A DNA stretch of 61,610 nucleotides, counting the filler, from Candidatus Tectimicrobiota bacterium (lineage in GTDB: Bacteria > JACPSX01), in assembly GCA_016193065.1 (NCBI GenBank). It is 5 parts of 5 records of this genome, joined end to end, with 100 filler letters (N's around TTAATTAATTAA, not from the genome) between each part and the next. Parts side by side here need not be neighbours in the genome. Positions count along the whole stretch, not along the records: positions 1 to 22,276 come from JACPSX010000050.1; 4 more parts are not named here. One strand, 5' to 3'. Below the pieces are notes generated by a model. It was not told where the DNA came from. It searched no databases and saw only the letters and a program-made list of their open reading frames with translations. Numbering within the stretch: position 1 is the stretch's first letter; each line of letters starts with the position of its first letter. Both the position numbers and the translations under genes were made by a program. Shown in pieces: positions 1 to 9,398 of this stretch.

Positions 1-254
1 ATTTCCGGGGTTTCCCCGTTGACAATCAGCACGTGAGCTCCTTCGTCCAGCAGTGTTCCCAGGATGGCTCTTCCGGGAACCCATTCGACGGCATTGAGGC
101 ACCCCATTCCTTGAAGACATCCCAGAAGGAACTTCCGGATATTCTGGTTTTCGTGGGCGATGAGAAAGCGAATCCCTTCCGGTATCGGAGCCGTGGGACT
201 TTTTCGAGGCTTAGCTTTATTTGCCATGGGTGAATCCGAACGATTTTGGCTCAT
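1..254 (-). CDS. CheY-like receiver-domain protein, atypical, truncated by window edge
   Basis: Not in the ORF track; translated by hand from ATG at 254 (AAGGAG RBS): MSQNRSDSPMANKAKPRKSPTAPIPEGIRFLIAHENQNIRKFLLGCLQGMGCLNAVEWVPGRAILGTLLDEGAHVLIVNGETPE. Pattern fits receiver beta1-alpha1-beta2-alpha2-beta3. Confidence 0.6.
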   Translation of the reverse strand, partial: MSQNRSDSPMANKAKPRKSPTAPIPEGIRFLIAHENQNIRKFLLGCLQGMGCLNAVEWVPGRAILGTLLDEGAHVLIVNGETPE

Positions 255-413
255 CTGACTCCTTCGAAGCCCGTTTGCCTGGCCTCCAGATGATCTCCGG
301 AATTGGCCTTCTGTTCCCCTGTTTCATATCGTCACAGCCGAGCGGATCTAAAGAGCGAGATGGGAACTGTCAGGGCGGGCCAATCGCTCATGATAAACAG
401 GGGGTGGGTGAAT

Positions 414-734
414 TTAAGGCTCGATTGCAGGATCTGGGGAGGAACCCTGGGAGTGCTGGCTGGCGTTTATCGAATAAAGGAAAGCCAGGATCTCGGCTAC
501 AACTTGGTAAACTTCCGGAGGGATCTCCCGTTCCAGTTCCACCTGGAAGAGAACTTCCAGAAGGTCGGGGTCCTGGCGCATGGGAATTCCGTGGGCGCGG
601 GCCAAGTCCAGGATCTTGCGGGCCATTTCTCCTCTCCCCTTGGCAGTAACCCGGGGAGCCCGATCACGAGGAGGAGAATACTCCAGGGCTACAGCCCGCT
701 CTTCGTTTTGTGGCCATTTTTTGGGCACGCTCAT
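414..734 (-). CDS. EscU/YscU/FlhB C-terminal-like export switch protein (stand-alone FlhB-C homolog)
   Basis: AVALEY...APRVTAKGRGEMARKILDLARAHGIPM...EIPPEVYQVVAEILAFLY matches the FlhB cytoplasmic C-terminal subdomain. Confidence 0.88.
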   Translation of the reverse strand: MSVPKKWPQNEERAVALEYSPPRDRAPRVTAKGRGEMARKILDLARAHGIPMRQDPDLLEVLFQVELEREIPPEVYQVVAEILAFLYSINASQHSQGSSPDPAIEP

Positions 735-756
735 CTCCTCTGGTCCAGTGATCCCC

Positions 757-1944
757 TTAGATCCTTACATCCAGGAGCCCCTGTCCCCCTAGCCAGTGCA
801 AAGGGCTAACTTCTTTGCTGGCTTCTTCCACCTTCCGGGGGCTGACCCTGCACAGGAATTCCTCCAACCGGAAACCAAAGGCGGCCAGGCGCTCGCGCAG
901 CGCCCCGCGACCCCGGCGCAGAGCGGCAGCAGCTTCTTCGGATTCCACCGCCAGCGAAAGGCTTACTCGGCGATCGGAAATGAGACCGTCGACGCGCAGG
1001 CTGCCCAGAGAGCTTAGTGTCAGGTATAAGAGGAGTGTGACGGGTCTGGGATCTGCCTGCCGTCCCTTCCGGTGCGGGACCTCTAGGCGCAAATAGGCCG
1101 GCGCCAGTCCTCCGGGGGAAGCGAAGGCCAGAGGAAAAGTAAAAGAGTCAGTCCCGTTCTCCCGGGCTGCATTGGAAACCTGGTAGAGTTCGATGAGATT
1201 CAGGAGTTGGCGCGCCGCGTGACCTGCAGGGTGAAATTCCTTCCCGCCCGTGAGGGTCTCGCCCCACGGACCGCCTGCCTCCGGGTACCCGCGAAGTGGG
1301 TACCCGGCTTCGCGGGTATCCGCGAAGTGGGTGGCCGTGTATCTCAGCAGAGCACCCTTCAGGTCCTGCGCGCCGGTCTGAGGCCTCAGGGTTCCATCCC
1401 GGGCCGCCTTGAAAATCGTGGATTCATAAAATAGTCCGGAAGAGGCCAGGGCCAACCGCAAGGGCATGGAGCCGGGCTCTTTTAGAGGGAGGCTGGTCAA
1501 AAGATCCTGCAAGTTTCGGACGGCGGGCGCCGGGTACCCGCCTTGCGGGTGCCCTTTTGCCGTGGAGAGGTTCCGCAGCAAGGCTTCCCAAAGGGAGGAG
1601 TATTCGTTCCAGCGCCGGATACCATCCCGGAGGCCGGCGAACTTCTCCCATTGTGTGCTTGCTGATCCTTCCGGAAAAAGCGAGAAGACAATCTGGGGGG
1701 AGAGCGCTTCCACTTTCAGGGAAATCTCGGCGCCGACAGGAAGGGGGGATGTGCTTTGCGCCTGTACAATTTCCCCCTGGATCTGCACCAGAAATTGTTG
1801 AGGAGAAAAGTTGGACAGGACTTCCCCGCGGACGAGCTGGCCGGGGGCCAGCAGGGGGAGGAGGCTTTGCGAGACGCCTGAGACCGGGATCAGGGAAGGT
1901 CGATCCGTGAACAGTTGGCTCAACAGAGATTCAAGGTAGGCCAT
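757..1944 (-). CDS. FliK-like hook-length-control domain protein
   Basis: C-terminal LLLYLTLSSLGSLRVDGLISDRRVSLSL...LRERLAAFGF and terminal LLDVRI; adjacent to the FlhB-C homolog. Confidence 0.7.
   Translation of the reverse strand: MAYLESLLSQLFTDRPSLIPVSGVSQSLLPLLAPGQLVRGEVLSNFSPQQFLVQIQGEIVQAQSTSPLPVGAEISLKVEALSPQIVFSLFPEGSASTQWEKFAGLRDGIRRWNEYSSLWEALLRNLSTAKGHPQGGYPAPAVRNLQDLLTSLPLKEPGSMPLRLALASSGLFYESTIFKAARDGTLRPQTGAQDLKGALLRYTATHFADTREAGYPLRGYPEAGGPWGETLTGGKEFHPAGHAARQLLNLIELYQVSNAARENGTDSFTFPLAFASPGGLAPAYLRLEVPHRKGRQADPRPVTLLLYLTLSSLGSLRVDGLISDRRVSLSLAVESEEAAAALRRGRGALRERLAAFGFRLEEFLCRVSPRKVEEASKEVSPLHWLGGQGLLDVRI
1282..1551. repeat. 21-nt palindromic element copies in the FliK-like gene
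   Basis: Exact copy at 1531-1551 (HPQGGYP) and a tandem triple variant at 1282-1333. Confidence 0.88.
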
Positions 1945-1956
1945 GGCAGAGGAGTT

Positions 1957-2277
1957 TCAGGCTACCACGTCGATCCACTGACCTTCCGACTTTTCCGGAG
2001 GCTGCTTGGTCTCCTCCGGCTCCAAGCCGGGTTCCAGTCTCTCGCTCCGTTTTTTCTTCTTCTGCTGCCTTTTATCGGCGGGCTTATCCCGCGTGCGGAT
2101 CTCCTCCTGGAGGTGCCCCGCGGATTGCGCCTTTTTTTCTTTTTGGCGGGCTTCTTCCTGGAACTGCAGGACAAAATGGCGCTTGTTCACGTCCTCTTGC
2201 TGCTGTTGGACATGCTGTAGTTTTTCGGAGATCGGCGTGTTCAGGAAAATCTGCTTAAGATCTACCGCGCGTACCAT
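1957..2277 (-). CDS. Hypothetical flagellar-associated protein
   Basis: 106 aa with GGAGG RBS, charged/Gln-rich, C-terminal G-x-x-IDVVA motif seen in small flagellar regulon proteins; lies behind a sigma28-like promoter. Confidence 0.7.
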   Translation of the reverse strand: MVRAVDLKQIFLNTPISEKLQHVQQQQEDVNKRHFVLQFQEEARQKEKKAQSAGHLQEEIRTRDKPADKRQQKKKKRSERLEPGLEPEETKQPPEKSEGQWIDVVA

Positions 2278-2321
2278 GGGACCTCCCCCCTTCGAGAGGG
2301 CTTTGAGGACTCCCCAGGCTT

Positions 2322-2349
2322 CTATCGGCTGGATCTGGCGGCAACTTTA
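2322..2349 (-). promoter_or_regulatory. Putative sigma28 (FliA) promoter
   Basis: Minus strand reads TAAAGTTG-N12-GCCGATAG, close to consensus TAAAGTTT-N11-GCCGATAA; just downstream of fliA. Confidence 0.7.
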
Positions 2350-2378
2350 ACGCCACCGGAGCAATCAGCCATGAGCGT

Positions 2379-3152
2379 TCACAAAATCTTCCTCAGTTTC
2401 CCCCGCAACCGCAGGATCGCCTTGGTATGGATCTGGGAGACACGGGATTCCGTGATTTCCAGGACACGGCCGATCTCCTTCATGGTCAACTCGTCGTAAT
2501 AGTAAAGAGAGATGACGAGACGCTCCTTTTCCGGCAAGTGCTCGATGCATTGTGCTGTAGCCGCCTTGATCTCATCGAGATTCAGGAGGGTGGTGGGATC
2601 AATCTCTTTCGGATCCGCCAGGAAACTCAAGAGGCTCTTGCGATCCCCGTCCCCAAAAGAGACCCCCAGCTCGTCGAGGCTGATGAGGGCGATGCCCCGG
2701 GCCTGGTCGATCATCTCGTAGAGTTGCGGGACGCTGATGTTCAGGGCAGCCGCAGCCTCTTCGTCCGTGGCGGCCCGGCCCAGCCGCTGCTCCAGCTCCG
2801 CGTACGTGTTTTCCAGCAAGGCCGCCTTTTGCCGCACCGAGCGCGGAACCCAATCCATGGCCCGCAGCTCGTCCAGAATGGCTCCCCGGATGCGGAACTC
2901 CGCGTAGGTCTTGAACTGGATGTCCAGAGAGGGGTCGAACTTTTCAATGGCATCCATGAGACCGATGACCCCCGAGCTGATCAGGTCATCAATCTCTACG
3001 TGGGGGGGCAGGCGCATGGCGATCCGGTGCGCGATATACTTGATCAGGGGCGTGTACTCGAGAATGAGCTCATCCCGCATCCGGGCATCGATCTTGGTTT
3101 TCTTCCCCTTGAGCCTGGACTTGAAGATCTGCTTGACCCGGGTCTCTTCCAT
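2379..3152 (-). CDS. fliA: Flagellar sigma factor sigma28 FliA/WhiG
   Basis: DDLISSGVIGLMDAIEKFDP, FKTYAEFRIRGAILDELR, LTMKEIGRVLEITESRVSQIH; likely ATG at 3152. Confidence 0.97.
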   Translation of the reverse strand: MEETRVKQIFKSRLKGKKTKIDARMRDELILEYTPLIKYIAHRIAMRLPPHVEIDDLISSGVIGLMDAIEKFDPSLDIQFKTYAEFRIRGAILDELRAMDWVPRSVRQKAALLENTYAELEQRLGRAATDEEAAAALNISVPQLYEMIDQARGIALISLDELGVSFGDGDRKSLLSFLADPKEIDPTTLLNLDEIKAATAQCIEHLPEKERLVISLYYYDELTMKEIGRVLEITESRVSQIHTKAILRLRGKLRKIL

Positions 3153-3156
3153 GGCG

Positions 3157-4050
3157 CTACCTCGGAAGCCCAATCAGGCGTTTCCAGAAGAATTGGATGT
3201 TCCCCTTGGGATGGAGCGGTTGGGGAAGATTCAAAATCCTGCGGGCCAGCGTCTTAAAGGCCCTGCTGGCCGGGCATCCGGGAAAGGCCTGCAGGACCGC
3301 TTTCTGCTGGCGGACGGCTTTCAGCAAAGCTTCGTCGTAGGGGATGAATCCCAGAAAGTCGATGGATGCTTCCAGATACTTATCCGCCACTGCGCTGATT
3401 TTCCGGTAGACCTCTTTCGCCTCGGCGGCAGTGGAGGCGTTGTTGACCAGAAGGCGGAAATGGCGCTCGCAGTATTCCAGGGCCAGGACCTTCATGAGGG
3501 CGTAGGCGTCCGTGATGGAGGTGGGCTCCGGGGTTACCACGACGATGACTTCCTGAGCGGCCACGTTGAAATACATCACGTTGGATGCAATTCCGGCCCC
3601 CGTGTCGATCAGGAGGACATCGTACTGCTCCTCCAGGAGTTCCAGCTCGGTCAGGAGCCCGAGCTTTTCCGCTTCGCTGAGTTCGGCCAGGCTCTGGACG
3701 CCGGAGCTGGCCGGCAGAATCATCATGCCCCCGACGCCCGGGATCATGATCTCCGCCAGGGTGCGGTCTCCCCGCAGGACATGCTGAATCGTGTACTTGG
3801 GGGAAAGTCCCAGGAGGACGTCGAGATTGGCCAGCCCCAGGTCCGCGTCCAGTACGAGCACCCGCAACCCGAGCTGGGTAAGCGCGTAGGCCAGGTTGGC
3901 CACGACGTTGGTTTTCCCCACCCCGCCCTTCCCGCTGGTCACTGCGATGACCCGGACGAGTTCGGGTTTTCCGGAGACGAGGTCTCCATCGGTCGCCGGG
4001 AGGATCTTGCGATCAGTGGTGAGAGAACGCAGGCTTCCGGCTTGATCCAT
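3157..4050 (-). CDS. flhG: MinD/ParA-family flagellar number regulator FlhG/FleN
   Basis: VTSGKGGVGKT deviant Walker A, DADLGLAN, DTGAG, PEPTSITDAY; located between flhF and fliA. Confidence 0.95.
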   Translation of the reverse strand: MDQAGSLRSLTTDRKILPATDGDLVSGKPELVRVIAVTSGKGGVGKTNVVANLAYALTQLGLRVLVLDADLGLANLDVLLGLSPKYTIQHVLRGDRTLAEIMIPGVGGMMILPASSGVQSLAELSEAEKLGLLTELELLEEQYDVLLIDTGAGIASNVMYFNVAAQEVIVVVTPEPTSITDAYALMKVLALEYCERHFRLLVNNASTAAEAKEVYRKISAVADKYLEASIDFLGFIPYDEALLKAVRQQKAVLQAFPGCPASRAFKTLARRILNLPQPLHPKGNIQFFWKRLIGLPR

Positions 4051-5163
4051 AGCCTCTGCCCTCCCTTGGCAGATCCTGCGGGCCGCTGAAGCGCAGGATC
4101 AAATCGATCAGTCTTTCCGCGCTGGCCACCTCGATATCCTCAGGAACCTTTTGACCCGTGGTGAAGTAGGACAGAGGTTTCTTGGCGCAAACCGCCTGGT
4201 TGAACAGGTTTCCGAAACTCAGGGCTTCATCCAGCTTGGTGAGCAGGAGCCGCCGGATGGGGATGCAGCCAAAGCTCTCGATCGTCTCTTCCATCTCCCC
4301 GTCCTTGGTGGTGGCGGCTACCAGGAGATGGGTTTCAATGGCGTGGCGCCCCTGGAAAAACGACGCCAGTTCCCGCAGATGCTCCTGATTTCTCTGGCTG
4401 CGGCCCGCCGTGTCGATTAGGACCAGATCTTTGTCCCGGTGCTTTTCCAACAGTTTCCCCAGAGCCGCGGGTCCAAGGACCACATCGAGGGGGATGCCGA
4501 TGAGGCGCGCGTAGGTCTGCAACTGCTCCGCCGAGGCGACCCGGTAGGTGTCAATGGTTACCAGAGCCACCCGTTTTTTCTCTACCAGAGCGAAGTGGGA
4601 GGCTAGCTTGGCCACCGTGGTTGTCTTGCCCACACCGGTGGGTCCTACGAAGGCCACCGCCTTCGTCCTGCCATCTCCAAGTTGCAGCCCCTCTCCGATC
4701 GGAACCAGCTTGAGCATCAGCCCCGCCAGGCAGTTGCGCGCGTATCCGGGAACCTGCAACTGCGCCTCCGAGAGAACGGAGCAGAGGCCAGCAGAGTGGC
4801 GCCTTGGAAGAGGTTTCCCCTGCGCAAGTTTCCTGCCCCGTCTTCCCGGACGGCGCGGCGCAGGTGCTCCAGGGAAGTTCTTAGTTCTTCGACCTCCTTC
4901 CGCAGGGGATTTTCCTCCTCTGATGGCGCCGTGGCTCCCAGGGGAGCCGCATGTCTTCTGCTTTTTCCGGGGAGATCCCCTCCTCCGTCACGGTCCTCAA
5001 GAGCCGCCGTGACTTCGATGAAGGGCCGCCCGAACAGTCCAAATGCCCCTCCTTTGCGGACCATTCTTCGTGTGCTCAGGATGAGAGCGTTTGGGCCCAT
5101 CTGCTCCTTTACGAGTCGAATTGCCTGCTGCCAGTTGTCTGCTTCGATTTTCTGGATTCTCAT
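4013..5163 (-). pseudogene. flhF: Flagellar SRP-type GTPase FlhF, frameshifted
   Basis: N-terminus (MRIQKIEADNWQQAIRLVKEQMGPNALILSTR) is in ORF 4717..5163 and the GTPase (GPTGVGKTTTVAKLA, DTAGR, TKLDE, GQKVPEDI) is in ORF 4013..4759; the frame changes near 4770-4860. Confidence 0.85.
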
Positions 5164-7250
5164 GATTGTAAGCTCACAGTTCCCAGGGTGACGATGCGTA
5201 CCGCGGGCGAAACCTCATTGGGGGAGAGCACTGCCATATTAGGGAAGAACCTCTCCGTGAGCCGGCGCAAATGGCGGCGGATCGTGGGGGAAGCCAGGAC
5301 CACGGGCTGATAATCCGTGGCCGCGAGCCGCTCCGCGGCGCTTTTGAGCCGGCTCAGCAGGCGCTCGGCATGAGCCGGTTCCAGGGCCAGGAACGAACCC
5401 TGGTCGGTGTGCCTTACGGCTTTGCTGAGGACTTCCTCGGTTTCCGGGACCAGGGAAATGATCGGCAGGGTACCCTCCCGGGTCTGATACTGCTTGGTGA
5501 TCGGACGCGCCAGAGCCTGGCGCACGTATTCCGTCAACAGGTCGGTGTCTTTGATCGTGGTGCCGTAATCGGCCAGGGTCTCCAGGATCGTCAGCAGGTC
5601 CCGAATCGAAACTCTCTCCCGCAGGAGGTTTTGCAGAACCTTCTGCACCTTGCCCAGGGGCAGGATGTTGGGGATCAGTTCTTCGACCAGTTTGGGGTGA
5701 TTTTGTTTGAAGGTATCCAGGAGATTTTGGACTTCCTGTCGCCCCAGCAGCTCGTGGGCGTGGGTCTTAACGATCTCGCTCAGGTGAGTGGCAACCACGG
5801 TGGAGAGGTCGACCACGGTGTAGCCGGCAAACTGGGCCTTTTCCCTCTCCCGCTCGGGAACCCAGAGGGCCGGCAGGCCGAAGGAAGGCTCCCGGGTCGG
5901 AATCCCCTGGATTTTTTCTTCCACATGACCGGGGGCCATGCACAGCACATGGTCCATCCGCAGTTCTCCCCGGGCGACCTCCACCCCTTTAATCAGCACG
6001 GAGTACTCTTCCGGCCGGAGCTGGAGGTTGTCCCGGATGTGCAAGGGGGGAATGATGATCCCCCACTCCAGGGCGAACTGCCGGCGAATTGACTTGATTC
6101 GTTCCAGAAGCTCGCCGCCCTGCTCCATGTCGACCAGCGGGATGAGCCCGTAGCCGACCTCCATTTCGATGAGATCCAGGGAGAGAAGAGATTCGACCCG
6201 CTCCGGTGCGGGCTGACGGGACTCGGCCTCTTCCGCTTCCTGGCGTTCCCGGGTGCGGACTTTTTCCCGTTCCAGGCTCAAGTAGCCGACGGCTCCGGTG
6301 AACAGCGCCAGGATGAAGAACGGGATGTGGGGAAGACCCGGGATCAGCCCGAAGAACAGGATGATCATGGCCGCAATCCCGATGGCGCGGGGATGGTAGA
6401 GGGCCTGTTCGGTGATTTCCTTTCCCAGGTTGGCTTCGGCGGCTGATCGGGAGACCATGATTCCGGCCGCCGTGGCAATGATCAGGGCCGGAATGCTGGA
6501 CACCAGCCCGTCGCCGATGGTCAGCAGGGTGTAAGTCTTCAAGGCATTGAGGAAGGACATCTGGGCCTGCCACACCCCGATGGCCAGCCCTCCCAGGATG
6601 TTGATCAGGGTGATCAGGATGGTGGCCTTGGCATCGTTCTTGGTGAACCGGCTGGCTCCGTCCATGGCGCCGTAAAAATCGGCTTCGCGCTCGATATTGG
6701 CGCGCCGGGCCCGGGCCTCCTTCTCGTTGATGAGACCCGCGTTCAGATCGGCGTCGATGCTCATCTGCTTGCCGGGAATTGCATCGAGCGTGAAGCGGGC
6801 TCCCACCTCGGCAATGCGCACCGAGCCGTTCGTGATCACCATGAAGTTGATGATGATCAAGACCAGGAAGACGACTGTCCCGACGATGTAGTTTCCGCCC
6901 ACGACGAAGTTGCCGAAGGACTGGATCACCTTCCCTGCGGCTTCCGTCCCCTCGCTTCCATGCAGGAGGATCAAGCGGGTGGAAGCCACGTTCAGGGCCA
7001 GGCGGTACAGCGTGGTCACCAGCAGGAGAGACGGAAAGACGGAGAACTCCAGAGGACGCTTTACGTACATGCTGATCAGGAGAATGATGATCGACAAAGT
7101 GATGTTCAAGGATAGGAGCACGTCCAGGAGCGGGGGCGGCATGGGGATGATCATGACCATGAGGATCCCCACGACTCCGACGGCCAGAAATGCATCGTTT
7201 TGTCGGGTGAACGCATCAAACGCGCGCAGAACGGCGGATTTATCGGCCAT
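5160..7250 (-). CDS. flhA: Flagellar export gate protein FlhA
   Basis: RIAEVGARFTLDAIPGKQMSIDADLNAG, FYGAMDGA, TIGDGLV; 696 aa, full length. Confidence 0.98.
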   Translation of the reverse strand: MADKSAVLRAFDAFTRQNDAFLAVGVVGILMVMIIPMPPPLLDVLLSLNITLSIIILLISMYVKRPLEFSVFPSLLLVTTLYRLALNVASTRLILLHGSEGTEAAGKVIQSFGNFVVGGNYIVGTVVFLVLIIINFMVITNGSVRIAEVGARFTLDAIPGKQMSIDADLNAGLINEKEARARRANIEREADFYGAMDGASRFTKNDAKATILITLINILGGLAIGVWQAQMSFLNALKTYTLLTIGDGLVSSIPALIIATAAGIMVSRSAAEANLGKEITEQALYHPRAIGIAAMIILFFGLIPGLPHIPFFILALFTGAVGYLSLEREKVRTRERQEAEEAESRQPAPERVESLLSLDLIEMEVGYGLIPLVDMEQGGELLERIKSIRRQFALEWGIIIPPLHIRDNLQLRPEEYSVLIKGVEVARGELRMDHVLCMAPGHVEEKIQGIPTREPSFGLPALWVPEREREKAQFAGYTVVDLSTVVATHLSEIVKTHAHELLGRQEVQNLLDTFKQNHPKLVEELIPNILPLGKVQKVLQNLLRERVSIRDLLTILETLADYGTTIKDTDLLTEYVRQALARPITKQYQTREGTLPIISLVPETEEVLSKAVRHTDQGSFLALEPAHAERLLSRLKSAAERLAATDYQPVVLASPTIRRHLRRLTERFFPNMAVLSPNEVSPAVRIVTLGTVSLQS

Positions 7251-8325
7251 AGGCGGCTGCCTTTCCTGTCAGCGTGTACACGTAGGCCAGAATCTCGGCC
7301 ACGGCTCTGTAGAGGGAGGAGGGAATCGTTTTTCCCACTTCCACCCCCCGGAACAGCGCCTGGGCCAGAGGTTTGTCCTCCACGATGGGGATGCCGTATT
7401 CCCGGGCGATCTCCTTGATTTTCTCGGCCACGGCCCCCGCGCCTTTGGCCACGAGCGTAGGGGCGTCCATGACGGCGCCGTCATAGCGGATGGCCACGGC
7501 CAGATGTTGGGGGTTTGTGATGACCACATCCGCCTTGGGCACCTGGGACATCATGCGGCGCCGCGCTCTTTCCATCTGGATGCTGCGAATCCGGGATTTA
7601 ATCAGCGGGTTCCCCTCGGTGTCTTTCATCTCTTCCTTGATTTCCTGTTTGCTCATGCGCAGATCCTGGAGATAATTCCAGCGCTGAAAGAGGTAGTCCA
7701 GCCCCGCCAGAGCCACCAGGACCGCGCCCGTGATAAAGCAGATCTTCAAAGAGACCCGCACGAGGTACTGGCCGATGGGGTAGACGTCCATCTCCATGAG
7801 GGGTGTCAGGTTCAGGAATTCTTTCTTCACCACCAGGTAAGCGATGGCTCCGACGATGGCGATCTTGGCCAGAGACTTGAAGAGTTCCACCATCGAACTG
7901 CGGGAGCAGATCCGGCTGAAGCCCTTGGCCGGGCTCAGGCGCGAGAAATCCAGTTTGAAGGGCTCTTCTTTCATCGCCAGCCCTCGCGTTTGCCAGACGT
8001 TCACTCCCAGAGAGATGGCCAGGATGACGAACATGATGGGGAGCACGGGGAAGAACGCTTGCAGCAGGATCCGGACCATGAACCCCTGGCTAGTGGCCGA
8101 AGTAAGCTTGAGGGTTGCGGACTCGCGCAGGACCTGGGCAGTGGTGTTCATGATCTGGGTGGAAATGGAAGCTCCCAGGACAAGCAGCAGGAAAAATCCC
8201 CCGAGCAGGATCGCCACCATGCTGACCTCCTGGCTGCGGATCACCTGCCCTTTTTTGCGGGCTTCCCGGAGCCTGCGTTCGGTCGGCTCTTCGGTCCTCT
8301 GTTCTTTATCCCCGCGTTCCGCCAT
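7240..8325 (-). CDS. flhB: Flagellar export protein FlhB
   Basis: TEEPTERRLREARKKGQV; VVITNPQH at the NPTH autocleavage position. Confidence 0.97.
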   Translation of the reverse strand: MAERGDKEQRTEEPTERRLREARKKGQVIRSQEVSMVAILLGGFFLLLVLGASISTQIMNTTAQVLRESATLKLTSATSQGFMVRILLQAFFPVLPIMFVILAISLGVNVWQTRGLAMKEEPFKLDFSRLSPAKGFSRICSRSSMVELFKSLAKIAIVGAIAYLVVKKEFLNLTPLMEMDVYPIGQYLVRVSLKICFITGAVLVALAGLDYLFQRWNYLQDLRMSKQEIKEEMKDTEGNPLIKSRIRSIQMERARRRMMSQVPKADVVITNPQHLAVAIRYDGAVMDAPTLVAKGAGAVAEKIKEIAREYGIPIVEDKPLAQALFRGVEVGKTIPSSLYRAVAEILAYVYTLTGKAAAYGR

Positions 8326-8334
8326 GGTTTGATC

Positions 8335-9114
8335 TCATCCCATTAAGCGCAGCAAGGCCACCAGGTCTTCTCCCAGATGACCGAAGAGCCGCTCCGTGAA
8401 GGTCGTAAACAGGGGCAGAGTCATTCCGAGAAACATGAGCCCCACGGTGATGCTGAGGGGAAATCCGACGATGAGCACGTTCATTTGGGGGACCATGCGG
8501 GCCACCAGGGCCAGGACCACGTTCACGAACAAGAGGGCGGCCAGAAGGGGGGCGCCTATTTTAATCGCCACAACGAACATGGATGAAGACATGAGGAGCA
8601 GGGCTTCCACCAAGCGGCCGCTCACGGCCCCTCCCAGGGGAGGAACGGCCTCAAAGCTCCCGGCCACCGCGCGCAGGTAAATATGATGAGCACCCGTCCC
8701 CAGGAACACCAGGGTGAGGATCACGTCCTGGAGCTGGGAGACAATAGACACCTCTTCGTTCTCCTGGAGATCGAGCACGTTGGCGATGCTGAACCCCATC
8801 TGGTAGCTGATGAACTGCCCGGAGAGCTGCACGGCGGCAAAGATGTAGCGGGCTGCCAGGCCCAGAGCGGCTCCCATAAGAACCTCCCGGATCAGAACGG
8901 GAGCCAGGGCCAGGGGATGGGCGGGCAGAGCCGGCAGGTTCACAGACACCACGGGGGTCAGCAGGAAGGCCGTCAGCAAAGCGAGACCGATCTTGAACCG
9001 GAGAGGCACCGTGCTGCTGCCGATCACCGGGGCCGCGAATAGGATCGCCCCGACCCTCAGGAAGATCACCAGGAGCTTTTCAAATTCATACAAGGGGATC
9101 CGGATGGAGATCAT
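8335..9114 (-). CDS. fliR: Flagellar export protein FliR
   Basis: Hydrophobic 259 aa with QMGFSIA and ARMVPQMNVLIVGFP. Confidence 0.95.
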   Translation of the reverse strand: MISIRIPLYEFEKLLVIFLRVGAILFAAPVIGSSTVPLRFKIGLALLTAFLLTPVVSVNLPALPAHPLALAPVLIREVLMGAALGLAARYIFAAVQLSGQFISYQMGFSIANVLDLQENEEVSIVSQLQDVILTLVFLGTGAHHIYLRAVAGSFEAVPPLGGAVSGRLVEALLLMSSSMFVVAIKIGAPLLAALLFVNVVLALVARMVPQMNVLIVGFPLSITVGLMFLGMTLPLFTTFTERLFGHLGEDLVALLRLMG

Positions 9115-9117
9115 AGG

Positions 9118-9393
9118 TCACCGGATGTAGCTCGGGATGTTCATAAAAACGTTCTCCGTGTAGCGCAGGATGAGCTGCAGCATCCAGGGAAAAGAGAGCA
9201 CCAGGGCCGCCATCACGGCCAGGATCTTCGGAATGAAGGTCAGGGTCATTTCCTGAATCGAGGTCACTGCCTGGAAGATGCTGATCAGGACTCCAACGAC
9301 CAGACCGGCCAGGAGCATGGGGGCTGCCATCAGCAGGGTGATCTCCATTGCTTGTTTGCCAAATCCGATGATGAATTCCGGCGTCATGACCAT
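9118..9393 (-). CDS. fliQ: Flagellar export protein FliQ
   Basis: GLVVGVLISIFQAVTSIQEMTLTFIPKI. Confidence 0.96.
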   Translation of the reverse strand: MVMTPEFIIGFGKQAMEITLLMAAPMLLAGLVVGVLISIFQAVTSIQEMTLTFIPKILAVMAALVLSFPWMLQLILRYTENVFMNIPSYIR

Positions 9394-9398
9394 CCCCC

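Noticed and set aside
4717-4860. Programmed frameshifting as an explanation for split flhF or flgD
   Set aside because: No slippery sequence is visible and conserved coding sequence appears to be missing, which fits deletion better.
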